DNA of 64,000 nucleotides from Microcoleus sp. (GCA_042408215.1 JAYFMW010000026.1:32001-96000), one strand, 5' to 3'. Positions 19,089-31,786 are shown, numbered from the stretch's first letter. The notes: generated by a model from the letters alone, not told the origin. A program made the numbers and translations.

Positions 19089-22000
19089 ATGACTAATTCG
19101 CACTACCAGCAAGACACCGCAGCACAGCAAAATAAAATTTCGATGCAAACTCTCACCCGCACTTTGAGAATGTCTCAGGGGCAATTTTCCCTGACTTTGG
19201 TGCGGTGCAATTATGATATCCTCAGAGATAAAATTATCGGGCAATTGCGGGAAGAGTCTGCTATCGAGATTCGAGAAATTTTCCTGCCGGCATCTGTTAA
19301 AACCCTTTACACAACGATAGAAACAGAACTGTCTGGCAGTCAGCCCCAGGCTTTAATGGTGTTTGGGTTAGAGTCGGTAAATGCGATCAATAAAGTGCTG
19401 ACTTCTACGAACTACGTGAGGGAAGAATTTCGGAATAATTTTCCATTTCCGGTGGTGCTGTGGGTGACAGACAAAATCTTAAAAAAACTGATTCGGCTAG
19501 TAACAGATATCGAGAGTTGGACGACAACTGTTGAATTTGTCCTGGGCCCCGATGAGTTGGTGGATTTCTTGGGCAAAAGTGCCGATCGCATTTTTTCTGG
19601 CATTTTAGAAAGCGGCAATTGGCGTTTAACTAATTCTGCCATTCTCGGAGCCAATTCTTTGACTGAATTAGAGTCTGCCACCCAAGACTTGACAAATTAC
19701 AACGTCAGGTTAGAACCAGCTATTGCAGCTAGTATGCAATTTATTCGGGGGCGGGATGAATATCATGAAAAACGGATGACTTCCGCTATTGAATCCTATC
19801 AAAAAAGTCTCAAATTTTGGAAGTATCAAGTAGCATTGCTCGGCGGGGGCACAGAATTTAGCAATTTGTTATTTACCCTTCACCCTTCACCTGTATTAGA
19901 GGGAATTCTGCTCTTTCACATCGGCCTTTGCTACCGCTTCCAAGGCGAACATCACCGCACGGGCAACCGTCCTTACTGGACGGAAGCTAAAAATTATTTT
20001 CAAGAGTGTATAGATGTTTTAGAACGGGCAAGACAGCCAGATGCTGTTGGGAAATTCATTAATCAACTCGGCGAAGTCTTGCAGTATTTAGAAGAGTGGG
20101 ATGCACTCTGGAATTTAGCTATTAAAGCTCGGAGGTTACATGAAAATATGAAAAATTTAGAACCCGTTAATTTGGCTCAAGATTACGGCTTTTTGGCTCG
20201 CGTAGCCTTAGAGCAAAAAAATTGGAAAGGGGCCAAAGAATGGGCTAAATTTGCTCTAGATGTTCTCAACTCTAATCAGGAAGGAACTGGAAAAGGAACG
20301 CCGATCAAATCGCAGCATCAAGGCTTGTACTTATTAATTTTAGCAGAAGCAGAGAAGGAGTTGGGTGAAATACAGCAGGCGATCGCACATTTAGAAATTG
20401 CCCGCTCGGAAACTGAACCTTGCTACAACCCGCAATTGTATTTGCGGGTTTTAGAAATGTTGCGATCGGTTTATTTTCAGCGGGGAGAATATCTCGCAGC
20501 ATTTCAACTTAAGCAAGATTATCGAGCGGTAGAACATATGTATCGGTTCCGAGCTTTTATTGGGGCCGGAAAGTTGCAGCCGCACAGACAAGCGATTAAT
20601 CCCGCCGCAGAAACTAATGTCGCCGCTGCTGCTATTGCTGATGAAATTACTGCTTCCGGCAGAGAACAATACCTCAAACGTTTGATAGATAGGATGCAGG
20701 GTTCCCGAGACAAATTGACAGTAATTTACGGTCAATCAGGAGTTGGCAAAAGTTCAATTGTAGCCGGGGGATTAGTGCCTGCACTCAAACAAAAAGTGAT
20801 AGAATCGCGCACTGTTTTGCCGGTAGTGCTGCAAGTTTACAACAACTGGCCCCTGGAATTGACAAGAAAGTTATCTGCTGGGAAAGCTGAAATATTTGAG
20901 CGGGTAATTTCAGAAGAAATGCCGGGAGTTGCGGAGGTAGAATCTGAAGTAGCAGTCGGCGAAATTAAGCGGAATTTTATTTCACGATTGAACGGCGAAT
21001 TGCCGGTCGATCGAGAGCAGAATATTCAGGAACTACCGCTAGAATTGATCGTAGAAAAGCAGGCTATCGAATACGATAAAATTATCAAACAGTTGCAGAT
21101 AAATTCGGAACATCTATTTACAGTTCTGATCTTCGACCAATTTGAAGAATTCTTCTTTGTCTGGAAAGAGCCAGCGGAAAGGCAAATATTTTTTGAGTTT
21201 ATGCGAGAGTGCATGAAAATCAAATATTTAAAAGTTATTCTGTCTTTGCGAGAGGATTACCTGCACTATTTGCTGGAGTTTGGCCGACCCAAAAATAATA
21301 TATATTTCATCAATAGCGACATTTTAGACGATATTCTCAGCAAAGATATTCTGTTTTACTTGGGCAACTTTTCTTTGGCTGATGCGCGATCGGTAATTCG
21401 CACTTTAACTCAACGATCGCACTTTTACTTGGAACCGGAACTGATCGAAGAATTAGTCAAAGATTTAGCTGGAGAATTGGGAGAAGTTCGCCCGATCGAG
21501 CTACAAGTTGTCGGAGCGCAACTGCAAGAAGAGCAAATTACAAGTTTAGCACAATATCAGGAACTTGGCAACAATCCGCAACAAAAATTAGTCGAAAGAT
21601 TTCTGGAAGAAGTCATCCAAGACTGTGGCCCGGAAAATGAAGGAGCGGTGCGCCGAGTTTTATACTTGCTGACAGATGAAGATGATATTCGCCCTCTGAA
21701 AACCCGCGCTGAATTAGCCTCGGATTTAGCAACATTTAAAGAAGCGGACAAATTAGATTTAGTCTTAGAATTGTTAGTAAAATCAGGTTTAGTTTTTCGG
21801 TGGACAGAGTTGCCGGCAGAGCTTTACCAGCTAGTTCATGACTATCTAGTTAGCTTCATCCGCCAGCAGCGGGAATTAGATACGAAGGCAGAATTCGAGG
21901 AACTACGAAAGCAGTACAAAATTAATAAAGATGAAATACAGCAACTTCGCAAGGAAAAAGAGCTAAATGCTTTGCTTTCGGAAGCTAGAGACAAACAGCG

Positions 22001-24320
22001 CCAAGCGAGAGAAAAACAGCATGATGCAGAAGCTCAACTCTACGAAAATCGGAGATGGCTACTGCGACTGGCGGTTCTAGGAGTAATTGTATTGGCGTCT
22101 CTTTCGGTGATGGCATTTTATCAAACAAAATTAGCAGAAATTGCGCGACAGGAAGCGGAGCAAGCTCGGACTGATGCCCTAACTTTGGGGTCGGAAGCTC
22201 TGGTGCTTTCTCATGTAAAAAATCAACTAGGAGTGTTAGAAACCAGTATCAAAATTGGCAGAGACGCTCTCAAGAGTAAACTGTTGCCTGTAGATACTAA
22301 AAATCACATCGCCGAACGACTCAGACAAGCAGTTTCTGGGGTGCAAGAACGCAACCGTTTTGAGCAGAATGGCAAGTTTGTTTTGGATGTGAGTGTGAGT
22401 CCAGATGGTAAATTAGTTGCTTCGGCAAGTGCAGATCAAACTGTTAAATTGTGGAACAATAAAGGTAAGTTATTAAAAACTTTCAATCACAGTGATAGTG
22501 TCACGAGTGTTAGTTTTAGCCCGGATGGTAAAACGATCGCAACTGGTTGTGCCGATCGTAAAATTAGAATTTGGCAAGTGGATAATGACCAAAGTGCGAT
22601 TCCCTCCGGGATAGCTTCGCTTCACGCAACTTTAGAAGGCCACAGCGATATCGTCACCAGCGTTAGTTTTAGCCCCGACGGGAAAACCCTCGCTTCCGGT
22701 AGTCACGACAATACCGTCAAAATCTGGAACGTCGCCAGCAAAAAATTGCTGCAAACTTTGAAGGGACACAAAGATTGGGTACTCGGCGTCAAATTCAGTC
22801 CCGATGGCCAAACAATTGCCTCAGCAAGTGCTGACAAAACTGTCAAACTTTGGAACCGAGAAGGTAAAACTCAGAAATTTCAAATTAATCCCCAAACTTT
22901 AAACAAGCATTCTGACATCGTTTACAGCGTCAGTTTCAGTCCGAATGGTCAAGAAATCGTCTCCGCAAGTGCCGATACTACAGTCAAAATCTGGAACCGA
23001 AAAGGTGAGGAAATTAGAACTCTCAAAGGACACAACGATGAAGTTGTCAGTGCCAGTTTCAGTCGCGACGGCGAAAAAATTGTCACCGGTAGTGCAGATG
23101 ATACGGTGAAAGTTTGGAACCGCAGCGGCACTTTGTTGAGCACTTTTATAGGACACCAAGATGATGTGAGGGCCGTAAGTTTCAGCCCAGATGGCACTAT
23201 TGCTTCGGCAAGCAAAGACAAAATGATTAAAGTTTGGAATCCTGACAGCACTCCTTTGAATAAGATTTTATTGGGACATGATGACTGGGTTTATAAAGTC
23301 AGTTTTAGTGCGGATGGCCAAACAATTGCTTCGGCTAGCCGAGATAAAACGGTGAGACTTTGGGGCGCTGATGGGAGTTTATTAAAAAGGTTAGAAGGTC
23401 ATAAGGATTCTGTTACTTCGGTGAGCATTTCGCCGGAGAATAAAACTGTGGCTTCTGCTAGCGATGACAAAACGGTGAAAATCTGGAGTTTACAGGGTAA
23501 ACTGTTAAATACTCTAGCACATGGTGGTATTGTTAAAAGTGTCAGTTTTAGTCCAGATGGGAAAATAATTGCGGCCGCAAGTGCCGATCGCAAATTGTAC
23601 CTCTGGCGTTGGAATGGTTCGCGGGCAAGTTTGCTAGCAAAACTCGACCACAGCAACCCGCTAATTAGTGTTAGTTTCAGCCCCGACGGCAAAACTATCG
23701 CAACTGCTATCGCTTCAGAGGATAGTCCAACTGAGAACAAAAATGCTTTGGGAATGGCCGGAGTAAATAGGGTTTACCTGTGGCAATTTAATGGTTCCTC
23801 GGCGAAGATTCTGAAAACTCTCGACCACGGGGACAGGGTTAAAGATGTGAGTTTCAGTCCAGACGGTAAGACAATTGCTACTGCTTGTGCTGACAAAAAA
23901 GTTTACTTATGGCGGTTTGATGGGAAAGGGGCAACAATAGCGGAAAAACTCGACCACAGTGATACTGTTGAAAGCGTGAGTTTCAGTCCTGACGGCAAGT
24001 TAATTGCGGCGGCGAGTGAGGGAAATACTGTTAAGCTGTGGAATTTTGATGGCCAGAATGCTATGCTATCTAAGACTTTGGAATCGAGCGATCGAGTGTT
24101 GAGCATTAGTTTTAGTTCTGATAGTAAAACTCTGGCTTTTGCTAGCAGGAATAGAAGTGTAATTTTGTGGCTTTTGGATAATTTGGAATTGAATAATATT
24201 ATAGATCGGAGTTGCGATTGGTTGGGGGATTATTTACAGAATGATCCGAATGTGCCCGAGGGCGATCGAATGCTTTGTCTCGGATTTGGGCAGCAGGCGT
24301 TCAATAAGATTAAGCGGTGA
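19089..24320 (+). CDS. Large TPR-like + nSTAND-type ATPase + WD40-repeat protein
   Basis: GQSGVGKSS Walker [11 protein letters not shown]alker B, many [19 protein letters not shown] repeats. Confidence 0.9.
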   Translation: MTNSHYQQDTAAQQNKISMQTLTRTLRMSQGQFSLTLVRCNYDILRDKIIGQLREESAIEIREIFLPASVKTLYTTIETELSGSQPQALMVFGLESVNAINKVLTSTNYVREEFRNNFPFPVVLWVTDKILKKLIRLVTDIESWTTTVEFVLGPDELVDFLGKSADRIFSGILESGNWRLTNSAILGANSLTELESATQDLTNYNVRLEPAIAASMQFIRGRDEYHEKRMTSAIESYQKSLKFWKYQVALLGGGTEFSNLLFTLHPSPVLEGILLFHIGLCYRFQGEHHRTGNRPYWTEAKNYFQECIDVLERARQPDAVGKFINQLGEVLQYLEEWDALWNLAIKARRLHENMKNLEPVNLAQDYGFLARVALEQKNWKGAKEWAKFALDVLNSNQEGTGKGTPIKSQHQGLYLLILAEAEKELGEIQQAIAHLEIARSETEPCYNPQLYLRVLEMLRSVYFQRGEYLAAFQLKQDYRAVEHMYRFRAFIGAGKLQPHRQAINPAAETNVAAAAIADEITASGREQYLKRLIDRMQGSRDKLTVIYGQSGVGKSSIVAGGLVPALKQKVIESRTVLPVVLQVYNNWPLELTRKLSAGKAEIFERVISEEMPGVAEVESEVAVGEIKRNFISRLNGELPVDREQNIQELPLELIVEKQAIEYDKIIKQLQINSEHLFTVLIFDQFEEFFFVWKEPAERQIFFEFMRECMKIKYLKVILSLREDYLHYLLEFGRPKNNIYFINSDILDDILSKDILFYLGNFSLADARSVIRTLTQRSHFYLEPELIEELVKDLAGELGEVRPIELQVVGAQLQEEQITSLAQYQELGNNPQQKLVERFLEEVIQDCGPENEGAVRRVLYLLTDEDDIRPLKTRAELASDLATFKEADKLDLVLELLVKSGLVFRWTELPAELYQLVHDYLVSFIRQQRELDTKAEFEELRKQYKINKDEIQQLRKEKELNALLSEARDKQRQAREKQHDAEAQLYENRRWLLRLAVLGVIVLASLSVMAFYQTKLAEIARQEAEQARTDALTLGSEALVLSHVKNQLGVLETSIKIGRDALKSKLLPVDTKNHIAERLRQAVSGVQERNRFEQNGKFVLDVSVSPDGKLVASASADQTVKLWNNKGKLLKTFNHSDSVTSVSFSPDGKTIATGCADRKIRIWQVDNDQSAIPSGIASLHATLEGHSDIVTSVSFSPDGKTLASGSHDNTVKIWNVASKKLLQTLKGHKDWVLGVKFSPDGQTIASASADKTVKLWNREGKTQKFQINPQTLNKHSDIVYSVSFSPNGQEIVSASADTTVKIWNRKGEEIRTLKGHNDEVVSASFSRDGEKIVTGSADDTVKVWNRSGTLLSTFIGHQDDVRAVSFSPDGTIASASKDKMIKVWNPDSTPLNKILLGHDDWVYKVSFSADGQTIASASRDKTVRLWGADGSLLKRLEGHKDSVTSVSISPENKTVASASDDKTVKIWSLQGKLLNTLAHGGIVKSVSFSPDGKIIAAASADRKLYLWRWNGSRASLLAKLDHSNPLISVSFSPDGKTIATAIASEDSPTENKNALGMAGVNRVYLWQFNGSSAKILKTLDHGDRVKDVSFSPDGKTIATACADKKVYLWRFDGKGATIAEKLDHSDTVESVSFSPDGKLIAAASEGNTVKLWNFDGQNAMLSKTLESSDRVLSISFSSDSKTLAFASRNRSVILWLLDNLELNNIIDRSCDWLGDYLQNDPNVPEGDRMLCLGFGQQAFNKIKR

Positions 24321-24337
24321 AACTTGAGTAAGTTAAA

Positions 24338-24449
24338 CTTATATGTTGCACTATTCTTAAGAACAGGCTCTCCGCCCCATTCCACAATCAAATTCACTAT
24401 TTGTGGAACAGGCATCTTGCCTGTTCTTGACAGAGGTGCAACATATAAG
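24338..24449. mobile_element. MITE-like element with perfect terminal inverted repeats and a possible 5-bp TSD TTAAA
   Basis: CTTATATGTTGCAC / GTGCAACATATAAG ends; TTAAA on both flanks. Confidence 0.6.
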
Positions 24450-24670
24450 TTAAATCAACTTGTATGGTGCGTCAGACATTGATTGTTTCGATTTCAACAG
24501 GTTTTCTCGATCTGACGCACTCTACGCATCTACCTTTAGTCGATTTCCCAATTCCCAATTCCCAATTACCAATTACCAATTACAATTAAAAAATCTATCT
24601 ATTGGCTAATTTTATGATAGTAAATTTACGGTAAAATTCCAGTAATCAAATCAACCGCGAGGTAAACCGC

Positions 24671-26947
24671 ATGGACACCAACTCACCAAATATCCAACCA
24701 ATCCCGCCATTCAGCGAGACAAACGAGGAAACGCCAGAGATAGGTGGCGGTTTGCCCATAATTGAGTATTGGGCAGAACATACATTGTCCCAGTCAGGCC
24801 CAAAACTTTGGAAAACTTTGCTGCATAAAAGTGCGTGTTTGTCATGTTCTTGGGGCACTGGCGGGCAGAAAGGAGGCTTTACCAATGAAGAGGGCGAAAA
24901 ACTTCAGCGGTGTATGAAAAGTGTGGAAGCAATCTCCGCAGAAATCCAGCCTGCTATCTCAACTAACTACTTTGAAAAACACAGTATTGCAGAACTTCAG
25001 CAATTAACTTCAATGGAAGCTGATCGGTTGGGAAGGTTGAGTTTTCCGATGATTTTGCGGGCTGGAAAATCTCATTACGATCGCATTTCTTGGCAAGAAG
25101 TTTATCAAATTGCCGCAGATGCTTTCACCAAAACCCCGGAACGAGTGGCATCCTACAGTTCGGGTCGCTCTTCCAACGAGGCGGCTTTTCTGTTGCAATT
25201 GATGATGCGGGCGATCGGCTCTAATAATTTAGCAGATTGTTCGGATCTCTGCCACGCTCCCTCAACAACCGGGTTAAGAGAAATGTTTGCTACCGGCACC
25301 TCGGTAGTGAGTCTAGAAAACCTGAAACAAGCAGATTGCGTCGTGCTCGCGGGGAGCAATTGTTCCTACAACCATCCCCGCTTGATGAACGAATTGATTA
25401 AAATCCGCGAAAAAGGCGGTAAAATAATTGTGATTAACCCAATGATGGAAATCGGGTTAGTCAAGTTTGGTTCCCCGGCTTTTCCCGTCAAGTCGCTACT
25501 CACGGGTTACGATATTTCGTCGCTATACTTGCAACCAATTCCCGGCAGTGACACAGCCCTATTTGTCGGGATTCAAAAGTCTGTAATCGAACAAGGATTG
25601 ATTGCAGAAAACTATTTGAAAGCTTATACAGAAGGCTGGGAAGCAGTAGTGAAACAAGCCCGTGAAACCTCTTGGGAAACTATTACTGAAACTTGCGGAG
25701 TTTCCCGCGCCGAAATTGAAGCAGCCGCCAAAATTATCGGCTGTTCAAAGCGAGTTGTATTTGGTTGGGCGATGGGAATTACCCAACATGATAACGGCGT
25801 AGATAATGTTTTCAGTATTGCCAACACTGCCTTAATGACAGGAAATGTCGGCAAAGAAGGTGCTGGATTAATGCCCGTGAGAGGACACTCAAACGTGCAA
25901 GGATTCGGCTCTATGGGCGTGACTGTGAAGCTTAAAAAAGAAATTCAAGAAGCTTTAGAAAAGTTATTGGGACGTTCTCTGAGCGCTGTTAAGGGCTATG
26001 AAACGCGATCGCTCATTGAAGCAGCAGATGCAGGCAAAGTCGATACGCTGATCTGTCTAGGCGGTAATTTGTATGGGGCGAATCCAGATTCAACTCAGGC
26101 CAAACGCGCTTTAGGTAAAATTGAAACAATCATTTACCTCGCAACTAAACCCAATTTAGGACATTTTAGCGGATTGGCAAAACACAATACAATTGTGATT
26201 CCTGTACTTAATCGCTTTGAAAATCCCCACAAAACAACGGTGGAATCTGGGAATAATTTTGTGCGTTTAAATGAGGAGGGTGAAACTCATCTCAAAAATG
26301 CCGATCTGATTCCAGAGGTGCAATTTTTGACGGAATTAGCGAGCCGAATTCACGGCGAGTTTCCCGTAGATTGGCGCAAACTTCAAGACACAAAATACGT
26401 GAGAAAACTGATTGCTCAAACTATTCCTGGCTATGAAAAAATAGCGACAATTGATGAAACACAAGAGGAATTCACCATCAGCGGTCGCATTTTTATGGAA
26501 CCAAAATTCCCTACTGATTCTGGCAAAGCGCAGATGTTTGTTACGCCTTTACCAGTGCTGAAATTACCCGAAGCGAAAGAGTTTGGAGTATCTGAATCAG
26601 TGCGGGGTATAGTTGTGGCATTGATGACGGGACGTAGCTATTCTCAGCACAATACTGTGGTTTACAAAATTGATGATAAGTACCGGGGAATGCCGCACCG
26701 TAACTGCATTTTGATGAATCGTGTGGATGCAGAAAGTGCTGGTTTGCAGGAACATCAGCGGGTTACGGTGCAGGGAAATGTGGGGAAATTGGAGAATGTT
26801 GAGGTGATTTATGGGGCTGTTCGTGTGGGTGCTGCTTTGATGTTTTATCCTGAAGTTAATGTGATTTTTAATGCGAGAATTGAAAGGCGATCGGGCACGC
26901 CTGCTTATAAGCGTGTACCTGCTTTTGTTTATGCAGAAGTTCGGTAA
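24671..26947 (+). CDS. FdhF/YdeP family molybdopterin oxidoreductase
   Basis: CLSCSWG, YSSGRSSNEAAF, NNLADCSDLCH, MGITQH and PVRGHSNVQG motifs. Confidence 0.92.
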   Translation: MDTNSPNIQPIPPFSETNEETPEIGGGLPIIEYWAEHTLSQSGPKLWKTLLHKSACLSCSWGTGGQKGGFTNEEGEKLQRCMKSVEAISAEIQPAISTNYFEKHSIAELQQLTSMEADRLGRLSFPMILRAGKSHYDRISWQEVYQIAADAFTKTPERVASYSSGRSSNEAAFLLQLMMRAIGSNNLADCSDLCHAPSTTGLREMFATGTSVVSLENLKQADCVVLAGSNCSYNHPRLMNELIKIREKGGKIIVINPMMEIGLVKFGSPAFPVKSLLTGYDISSLYLQPIPGSDTALFVGIQKSVIEQGLIAENYLKAYTEGWEAVVKQARETSWETITETCGVSRAEIEAAAKIIGCSKRVVFGWAMGITQHDNGVDNVFSIANTALMTGNVGKEGAGLMPVRGHSNVQGFGSMGVTVKLKKEIQEALEKLLGRSLSAVKGYETRSLIEAADAGKVDTLICLGGNLYGANPDSTQAKRALGKIETIIYLATKPNLGHFSGLAKHNTIVIPVLNRFENPHKTTVESGNNFVRLNEEGETHLKNADLIPEVQFLTELASRIHGEFPVDWRKLQDTKYVRKLIAQTIPGYEKIATIDETQEEFTISGRIFMEPKFPTDSGKAQMFVTPLPVLKLPEAKEFGVSESVRGIVVALMTGRSYSQHNTVVYKIDDKYRGMPHRNCILMNRVDAESAGLQEHQRVTVQGNVGKLENVEVIYGAVRVGAALMFYPEVNVIFNARIERRSGTPAYKRVPAFVYAEVR

Positions 26948-27138
26948 CGGATTCGCTCCACGGATGTAACGGATGTTATGATTACCTCTGCCTTGTTCTT
27001 TCTGCCTTCTTCCTTCTTTCTTCTTTCTTCTATAACTCACATTTTAGAGGATTTTTAATAACAGGCTTTTCGGCCTGTTCCACAAGGAGTTAATTTTTTG
27101 TGGGTGGGCCGGAGAGCCTGCCCATATGCAAGTCTTAA

Positions 27139-28380
27139 TTAACTCTTGATTTGCAATGCTCTCCCCCGCCAAGTCCATCCCCAACCGGTTTCTGTTTTAA
27201 TTGCAGAGGCGATCGCAATTGCCGCGACTAACGTTCCTCCCAAACCTCCTAACCACCAGTATTTCGTCGAACAGTCGGAAATCTGGGCACCTAAACGTCG
27301 CAAATTGTACTGTTGCCAAATTACTATTATTGCTAAACAGATAGTTAACAAAGTAACTGGTAATTGGTAATTGGTAATTGGTAATTGGTAATTGGTAATT
27401 GTGATGACTTTTGCCAATTCCCCCTGAGCTAGCAAAATAGCTAAGGCCAACCAGGGAATTGGATAGAGAAATAACATAATTGCTGCCATGTAAACCATCA
27501 ATCCCCAACTGCGGTGAGCACCCAGATACAAATTCTTCGTCCAGCCTTCCCACAAGGCGCTCCAAGACCGATACATCCGCACAAATGCCAAATTTGACCC
27601 TGCATAAAGTGCTAGCTTTAAACCCGCACGTTTGATGCGTCTAGCTAGTTCTACATCTTCGACAATTTCGCTGGCAACTGATGCGTGACCGCCGATTTTT
27701 TCGTAAGCCGATCGCCTAAATAACATGAACGGCCCTGCGGCAAAAGCACTGTCTGTTGTCGGATCATTGACGGCGGTAAAGTCGAAGCAAACTGCTAGGT
27801 GATTGAACATTAACGGCTGCACTAACCACTCGGCAAAACACTCGCAAACCAGGGCGGGCATACAGGTTAGTAGGTCTATTTTTTCGGTTTGGACTGTTTC
27901 AATGGCGGTTTCGATCGCCCCTGGTTTGAGCCGCACGTCGGCATCAATAAATAATAAGAATTCTCCCGTTGCTACCTGGACAGCTTCGGCGCAGGCCCAG
28001 TTCTTTCCCGCCCAATATTGGTTGGCTGGTCGCGCCTCACCTGCTAATATTTTGAGGCGGGGGTCATTAACCTGCTGTTGGAGAGTTTGGGCGATCGCCA
28101 GTGTGTCGTCTGTCGATCGATCGTCTACGATCAAAACTTCTAGGTTGTTCACAGACAGCGGTGTACTCTGCAAAATGGCGATCGCGCAATCCCGAATATT
28201 CTCTGCCTCGTTGTATGCTGGTACGATGACCGAAACTTTAGGGAACTGAGCGGTGGACGGGGATAACTGCTGAGCCGAACTTGGGCTCGTTCGAGGCGCG
28301 TTTTTGACCGAGCGGCGTAAATTCTTAGTGTAGGCTGTACTGACAATTAGGGAAAAAATTAGCAGGGTTAACAATATCAA
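27139..28380 (-). CDS. GT2 glycosyltransferase, CruG-like carotenoid glycosyltransferase
   Basis: VPAYNE, VDDRSTD, WAGKNWAC, FIDADV, EDVELAR, RMY..W.GWTKN, C-terminal WTWRGR. Confidence 0.85.
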   Translation of the reverse strand: MILLTLLIFSLIVSTAYTKNLRRSVKNAPRTSPSSAQQLSPSTAQFPKVSVIVPAYNEAENIRDCAIAILQSTPLSVNNLEVLIVDDRSTDDTLAIAQTLQQQVNDPRLKILAGEARPANQYWAGKNWACAEAVQVATGEFLLFIDADVRLKPGAIETAIETVQTEKIDLLTCMPALVCECFAEWLVQPLMFNHLAVCFDFTAVNDPTTDSAFAAGPFMLFRRSAYEKIGGHASVASEIVEDVELARRIKRAGLKLALYAGSNLAFVRMYRSWSALWEGWTKNLYLGAHRSWGLMVYMAAIMLFLYPIPWLALAILLAQGELAKVITITNYQLPITNYQLPVTLLTICLAIIVIWQQYNLRRLGAQISDCSTKYWWLGGLGGTLVAAIAIASAIKTETGWGWTWRGRALQIKS

Positions 28381-28606
28381 AGTGAACTGACCTCAAAATT
28401 TCGGTGCGGGTACGCAGTTGACCTGCTTAAATATGAAAAAATATTACAGCAAAAAGCTAGTCGATCGCCCGGAAAGTTATTTTGGCGATCGCTCTTGCTA
28501 TAATTTGTGAGCATCTTGCGCTCAACCTGGCTTGATGGGTCAAACCCCTCACCCAGTCGGCGACGGAAAAACCGAGGATAGATATCAGTTGTCAGAGGAT
28601 AGTGCA

Positions 28607-28714
28607 ATGGGTGAATTTCTTACAGTCGATATATTGGCAGATGGGATAGCAATACTGGGTGCTTTGGGCTTCTTCTTTTTAGGATATCAAGCTTTGCAGA
28701 TGTTGAAAAGATAA
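28607..28714 (+). CDS. Putative 35-aa single-TM small protein
   Basis: GAGG RBS, ATG at 28607, MGEFLTVDILADGIAILGALGFFFLGYQALQMLKR. Confidence 0.5.
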   Translation: MGEFLTVDILADGIAILGALGFFFLGYQALQMLKR

Positions 28715-28955
28715 ATTATTAGTCCATTGAGCCTCCTGACCAACGATTGGCTCCTCTATCCCCCCTAGCGAGCGGGCGGGCACGGGGGCACCGCCCCTAC
28801 AAAGGGGGGGACAAGAGCATTCTTTCGTCAACCCCTACTCCCCTTTTTAAGGGTGATTTAGGGGGAGCGAGGCTTCGCTATAAAAAATAGCAATTCCTGC
28901 TAACAGTAAAACTGTTTCTTGCGAAAATCAACCAAAAAAAGGCTGCGTTATTATC

Positions 28956-31457
28956 ATGGTGAGCCCACTTTTAGATGGACGCTATCAGATCATTGAAGTC
29001 ATAGAAACAGGAGAATTTGGACTAACCTATCTCGCCAAAGATATTCGCCGTCCGGGTGAACCGCAATGCTTCGTTAAACACCTGCGTCCGGGGACTAGCG
29101 AACCGGAATTAATTAATACTACGCGCCGTCTTTTTCAAAAAGAAGCCGAAGTTCTAGAAAAGCTCGGTCAACACGACCAGATCCCTCAGCTATTCGCTTT
29201 TTTTGAAGAAAATGAAGAATTCTTCTTAGTTGAATCCTTTGTGGCTGGTCATTCCCTATCAACAGAGATTGTCCCCGGCAAACCTCTCACTGAAGAAAAA
29301 GTAATTCTTTTGTTGAAGGAACTGTTAGAAATTTTAGTATTTGTACACGGGCAGGGAGTAATTCATCGAGATATAAAACCGGGAAATTTAATCCGTCGCT
29401 ATTCAGATAATAAGTTAGTTTTGATCGATTTTGGATCGGTGAAAGAAATCCACATAGCTCAAAGACAAGCGCCGGTGACTGTGCGGATCGGGACAATGGA
29501 ATATATGCCGATCGAACAATTTCAATACAACCCGCAACTGAATAGCGATATCTACGCTTTGGGAATGATTGGCATCCAAGCAATGACGGGATTGCCAGCT
29601 TACGATTTGCCGAAACTGCGAGATTTGAAAAAATCCCAGAAAGGCGAAATTATTTGGCGGCATTTAGCAGTGTGTTCTCAAGGGCTAGCCGATGTTTTAG
29701 ACAATATGGTGTGCTACGATTTTCGCGAACGATATCAGTCGGCGGCGGAAGCTTTAGCCGACTTGAGAAAAATAGGCGATCGCTCGAAAGCACGAATTCC
29801 GAAACTAACAGTATATCGCGAAGAAGTCGGTAGACGCACCAGCAGTCGTGGTGACATTACACTTGTCGGCAGAAGAATATTAGACGAACTGTGCGTCAGT
29901 TTAGAATTGCTGCCAGAAGAAGCAGAAAGAATCGAAGACGATGTATTGAATCCTTACCGAAAATACAGGGAAAAAGGGGAACGCTACGAACAAGCACTGC
30001 AAGAAGCAATGCAGCAAGAATATCCCTTTTCTGTCGCAACTCGCGAAGAATTAAAACGCTTGCAGCAAGTTTTAGGACTGACAGACGAAGATGCATCGAC
30101 CATCGAAGAATTAGTCGTTCCTAAATCTTTATTATCGAAATTGTACAAGGCAATTTCCACAGTTTTGGCAGGACACCGCAAGTCCAATGCGCCACCAGCA
30201 GAAAGCATTTCTCCACTCAACTTGCAGACCAATTCTGCGACATCGCCGCAGCTTAATTTGAACGGAAAAACCGACTTGCCGATTAACAGTGCAGCAGCGA
30301 TTGTCCAGAAAGAAACTAGCAAGTTCAATCCTTATCTAATCGGGGCAACCCTTGCTGCTATTTTAGCTGCTATCGGGGGAATTTACGGATATCTCAAATG
30401 GCAAGAATGGCAGCAGCAAGTGGCGATAGAATCCCAAGCACTGAATCAAATTAATGCCCTTTATCAAGAAAGCAATTATGAAGGCTGCATCGGCGAAATA
30501 CCAAAAATTGCCAACACTTCCAGTAGCTACACGTCAGCTCAAAACTTGCAGAATCAGTGCGAAGCAGGCCTCCGCTGGAAAAATGCCAAAGTCAAAAATT
30601 TTGCTCAACATTCAGATGCAGTTGGAGCCGTTGCTTTCAGTCCAGACGGCTTGATGTTAGCCAGCGGTTCCAAGGACAAAACTATCCAAATTTGGGATTT
30701 AGCTACAGGTAAGTCAATCCGCACTTTTGAGGGAGATTCATCCACCATTTGGTCGGTTGCTTTTGACTCAAACGGCACGCGACTTGCCACAGGTACTGGT
30801 TTTTGGAGAGTGATGCTGTGGGATATGAAAACAGGGCAATCGATTCGCAGTCTCGACCACGCTGCTTCTGTTTGGTCCGTCGCTATTAGCCACGACGGAC
30901 TGCTAATTGCTAGCGGCAGTGGAGACAAGACAGCGAAGATTTGGGATGCGGAAAACGGCAGGTTAATTCACAATTTGCCAGACCACACAGATTTTGTTTA
31001 TTCTGTGGCTTTTAGTCCCGATGACAAAACTTTGGTCAGCGCTTCTAAGGACAAGAAAATTACAATTGTTGATGTGGCAACCGGGAGGTTTCTGAAGACT
31101 ATTGATGGTCATGCTGACCAGGTGAGGTCCGTTGCTATTAGTCCTGACGGACAAACATTAGTTAGCGGTTCTTATGATGAAAGTATTAAAATTTGGAATC
31201 TGGAAACTGGGGAGCTAATTCGTTCTCTTAAGGGACATTCTGATGATATTGTATCGGTTGCTATCAGTCCAGACGGACAATTTATTGCTAGCGGGAGTAA
31301 GGATAAAACTATTAAAATTTGGGATTTGGCTACCGGAGAATTGTTGAATACTTTGACAGGACATTTAGATGAGGTTTATGTGGTGACTTTTAGTCCCGAT
31401 GGTAAAACTATTGCTAGCGGCTCTAAAGACAATAGTATTAGGTTGTGGCTGAGGTAG
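28956..31457 (+). CDS. Ser/Thr protein kinase with a TM segment and C-terminal WD40 propeller
   Basis: HRDIKPGN, LIDFG, DIYALG; about 7 WD40 repeats. Confidence 0.93.
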   Translation: MVSPLLDGRYQIIEVIETGEFGLTYLAKDIRRPGEPQCFVKHLRPGTSEPELINTTRRLFQKEAEVLEKLGQHDQIPQLFAFFEENEEFFLVESFVAGHSLSTEIVPGKPLTEEKVILLLKELLEILVFVHGQGVIHRDIKPGNLIRRYSDNKLVLIDFGSVKEIHIAQRQAPVTVRIGTMEYMPIEQFQYNPQLNSDIYALGMIGIQAMTGLPAYDLPKLRDLKKSQKGEIIWRHLAVCSQGLADVLDNMVCYDFRERYQSAAEALADLRKIGDRSKARIPKLTVYREEVGRRTSSRGDITLVGRRILDELCVSLELLPEEAERIEDDVLNPYRKYREKGERYEQALQEAMQQEYPFSVATREELKRLQQVLGLTDEDASTIEELVVPKSLLSKLYKAISTVLAGHRKSNAPPAESISPLNLQTNSATSPQLNLNGKTDLPINSAAAIVQKETSKFNPYLIGATLAAILAAIGGIYGYLKWQEWQQQVAIESQALNQINALYQESNYEGCIGEIPKIANTSSSYTSAQNLQNQCEAGLRWKNAKVKNFAQHSDAVGAVAFSPDGLMLASGSKDKTIQIWDLATGKSIRTFEGDSSTIWSVAFDSNGTRLATGTGFWRVMLWDMKTGQSIRSLDHAASVWSVAISHDGLLIASGSGDKTAKIWDAENGRLIHNLPDHTDFVYSVAFSPDDKTLVSASKDKKITIVDVATGRFLKTIDGHADQVRSVAISPDGQTLVSGSYDESIKIWNLETGELIRSLKGHSDDIVSVAISPDGQFIASGSKDKTIKIWDLATGELLNTLTGHLDEVYVVTFSPDGKTIASGSKDNSIRLWLR

Positions 31458-31458
31458 T

Positions 31459-31600
31459 CATAACAGCGGAAACCGCTGTTATGAGGTACACCCACTTATC
31501 GTTCAATCCTCCTAGGGACACGGCAATGCCGTGTCCCTACCGTGTTTCATAACAGTAGGGACACGGCAATGCCGTGTCCCTACCGTGTTTCATAACAGCG
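31459..31600. repeat. Hairpin CATAACAGCGG-AAA-CCGCTGTTATG and two TAGGGACACGGCAATGCCGTGTCCCTAC REP-like palindromes
   Basis: Direct observation between convergent genes. Confidence 0.8.
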
Positions 31601-31786
31601 GGAACTGCTGTAGTTATTATTGCTTGGTTATGAGTGATTAGTTATGAGTTATTATTGCTTGGTTATGAGTGATTATTTATGGGTTATTAGCACAACTAAA
31701 AACCAATAACCAATAACCAATAACCAATAACCAATAACCAATAACCAATAACAACCAACAAATAACAAATAACTCTTGACTAATGA

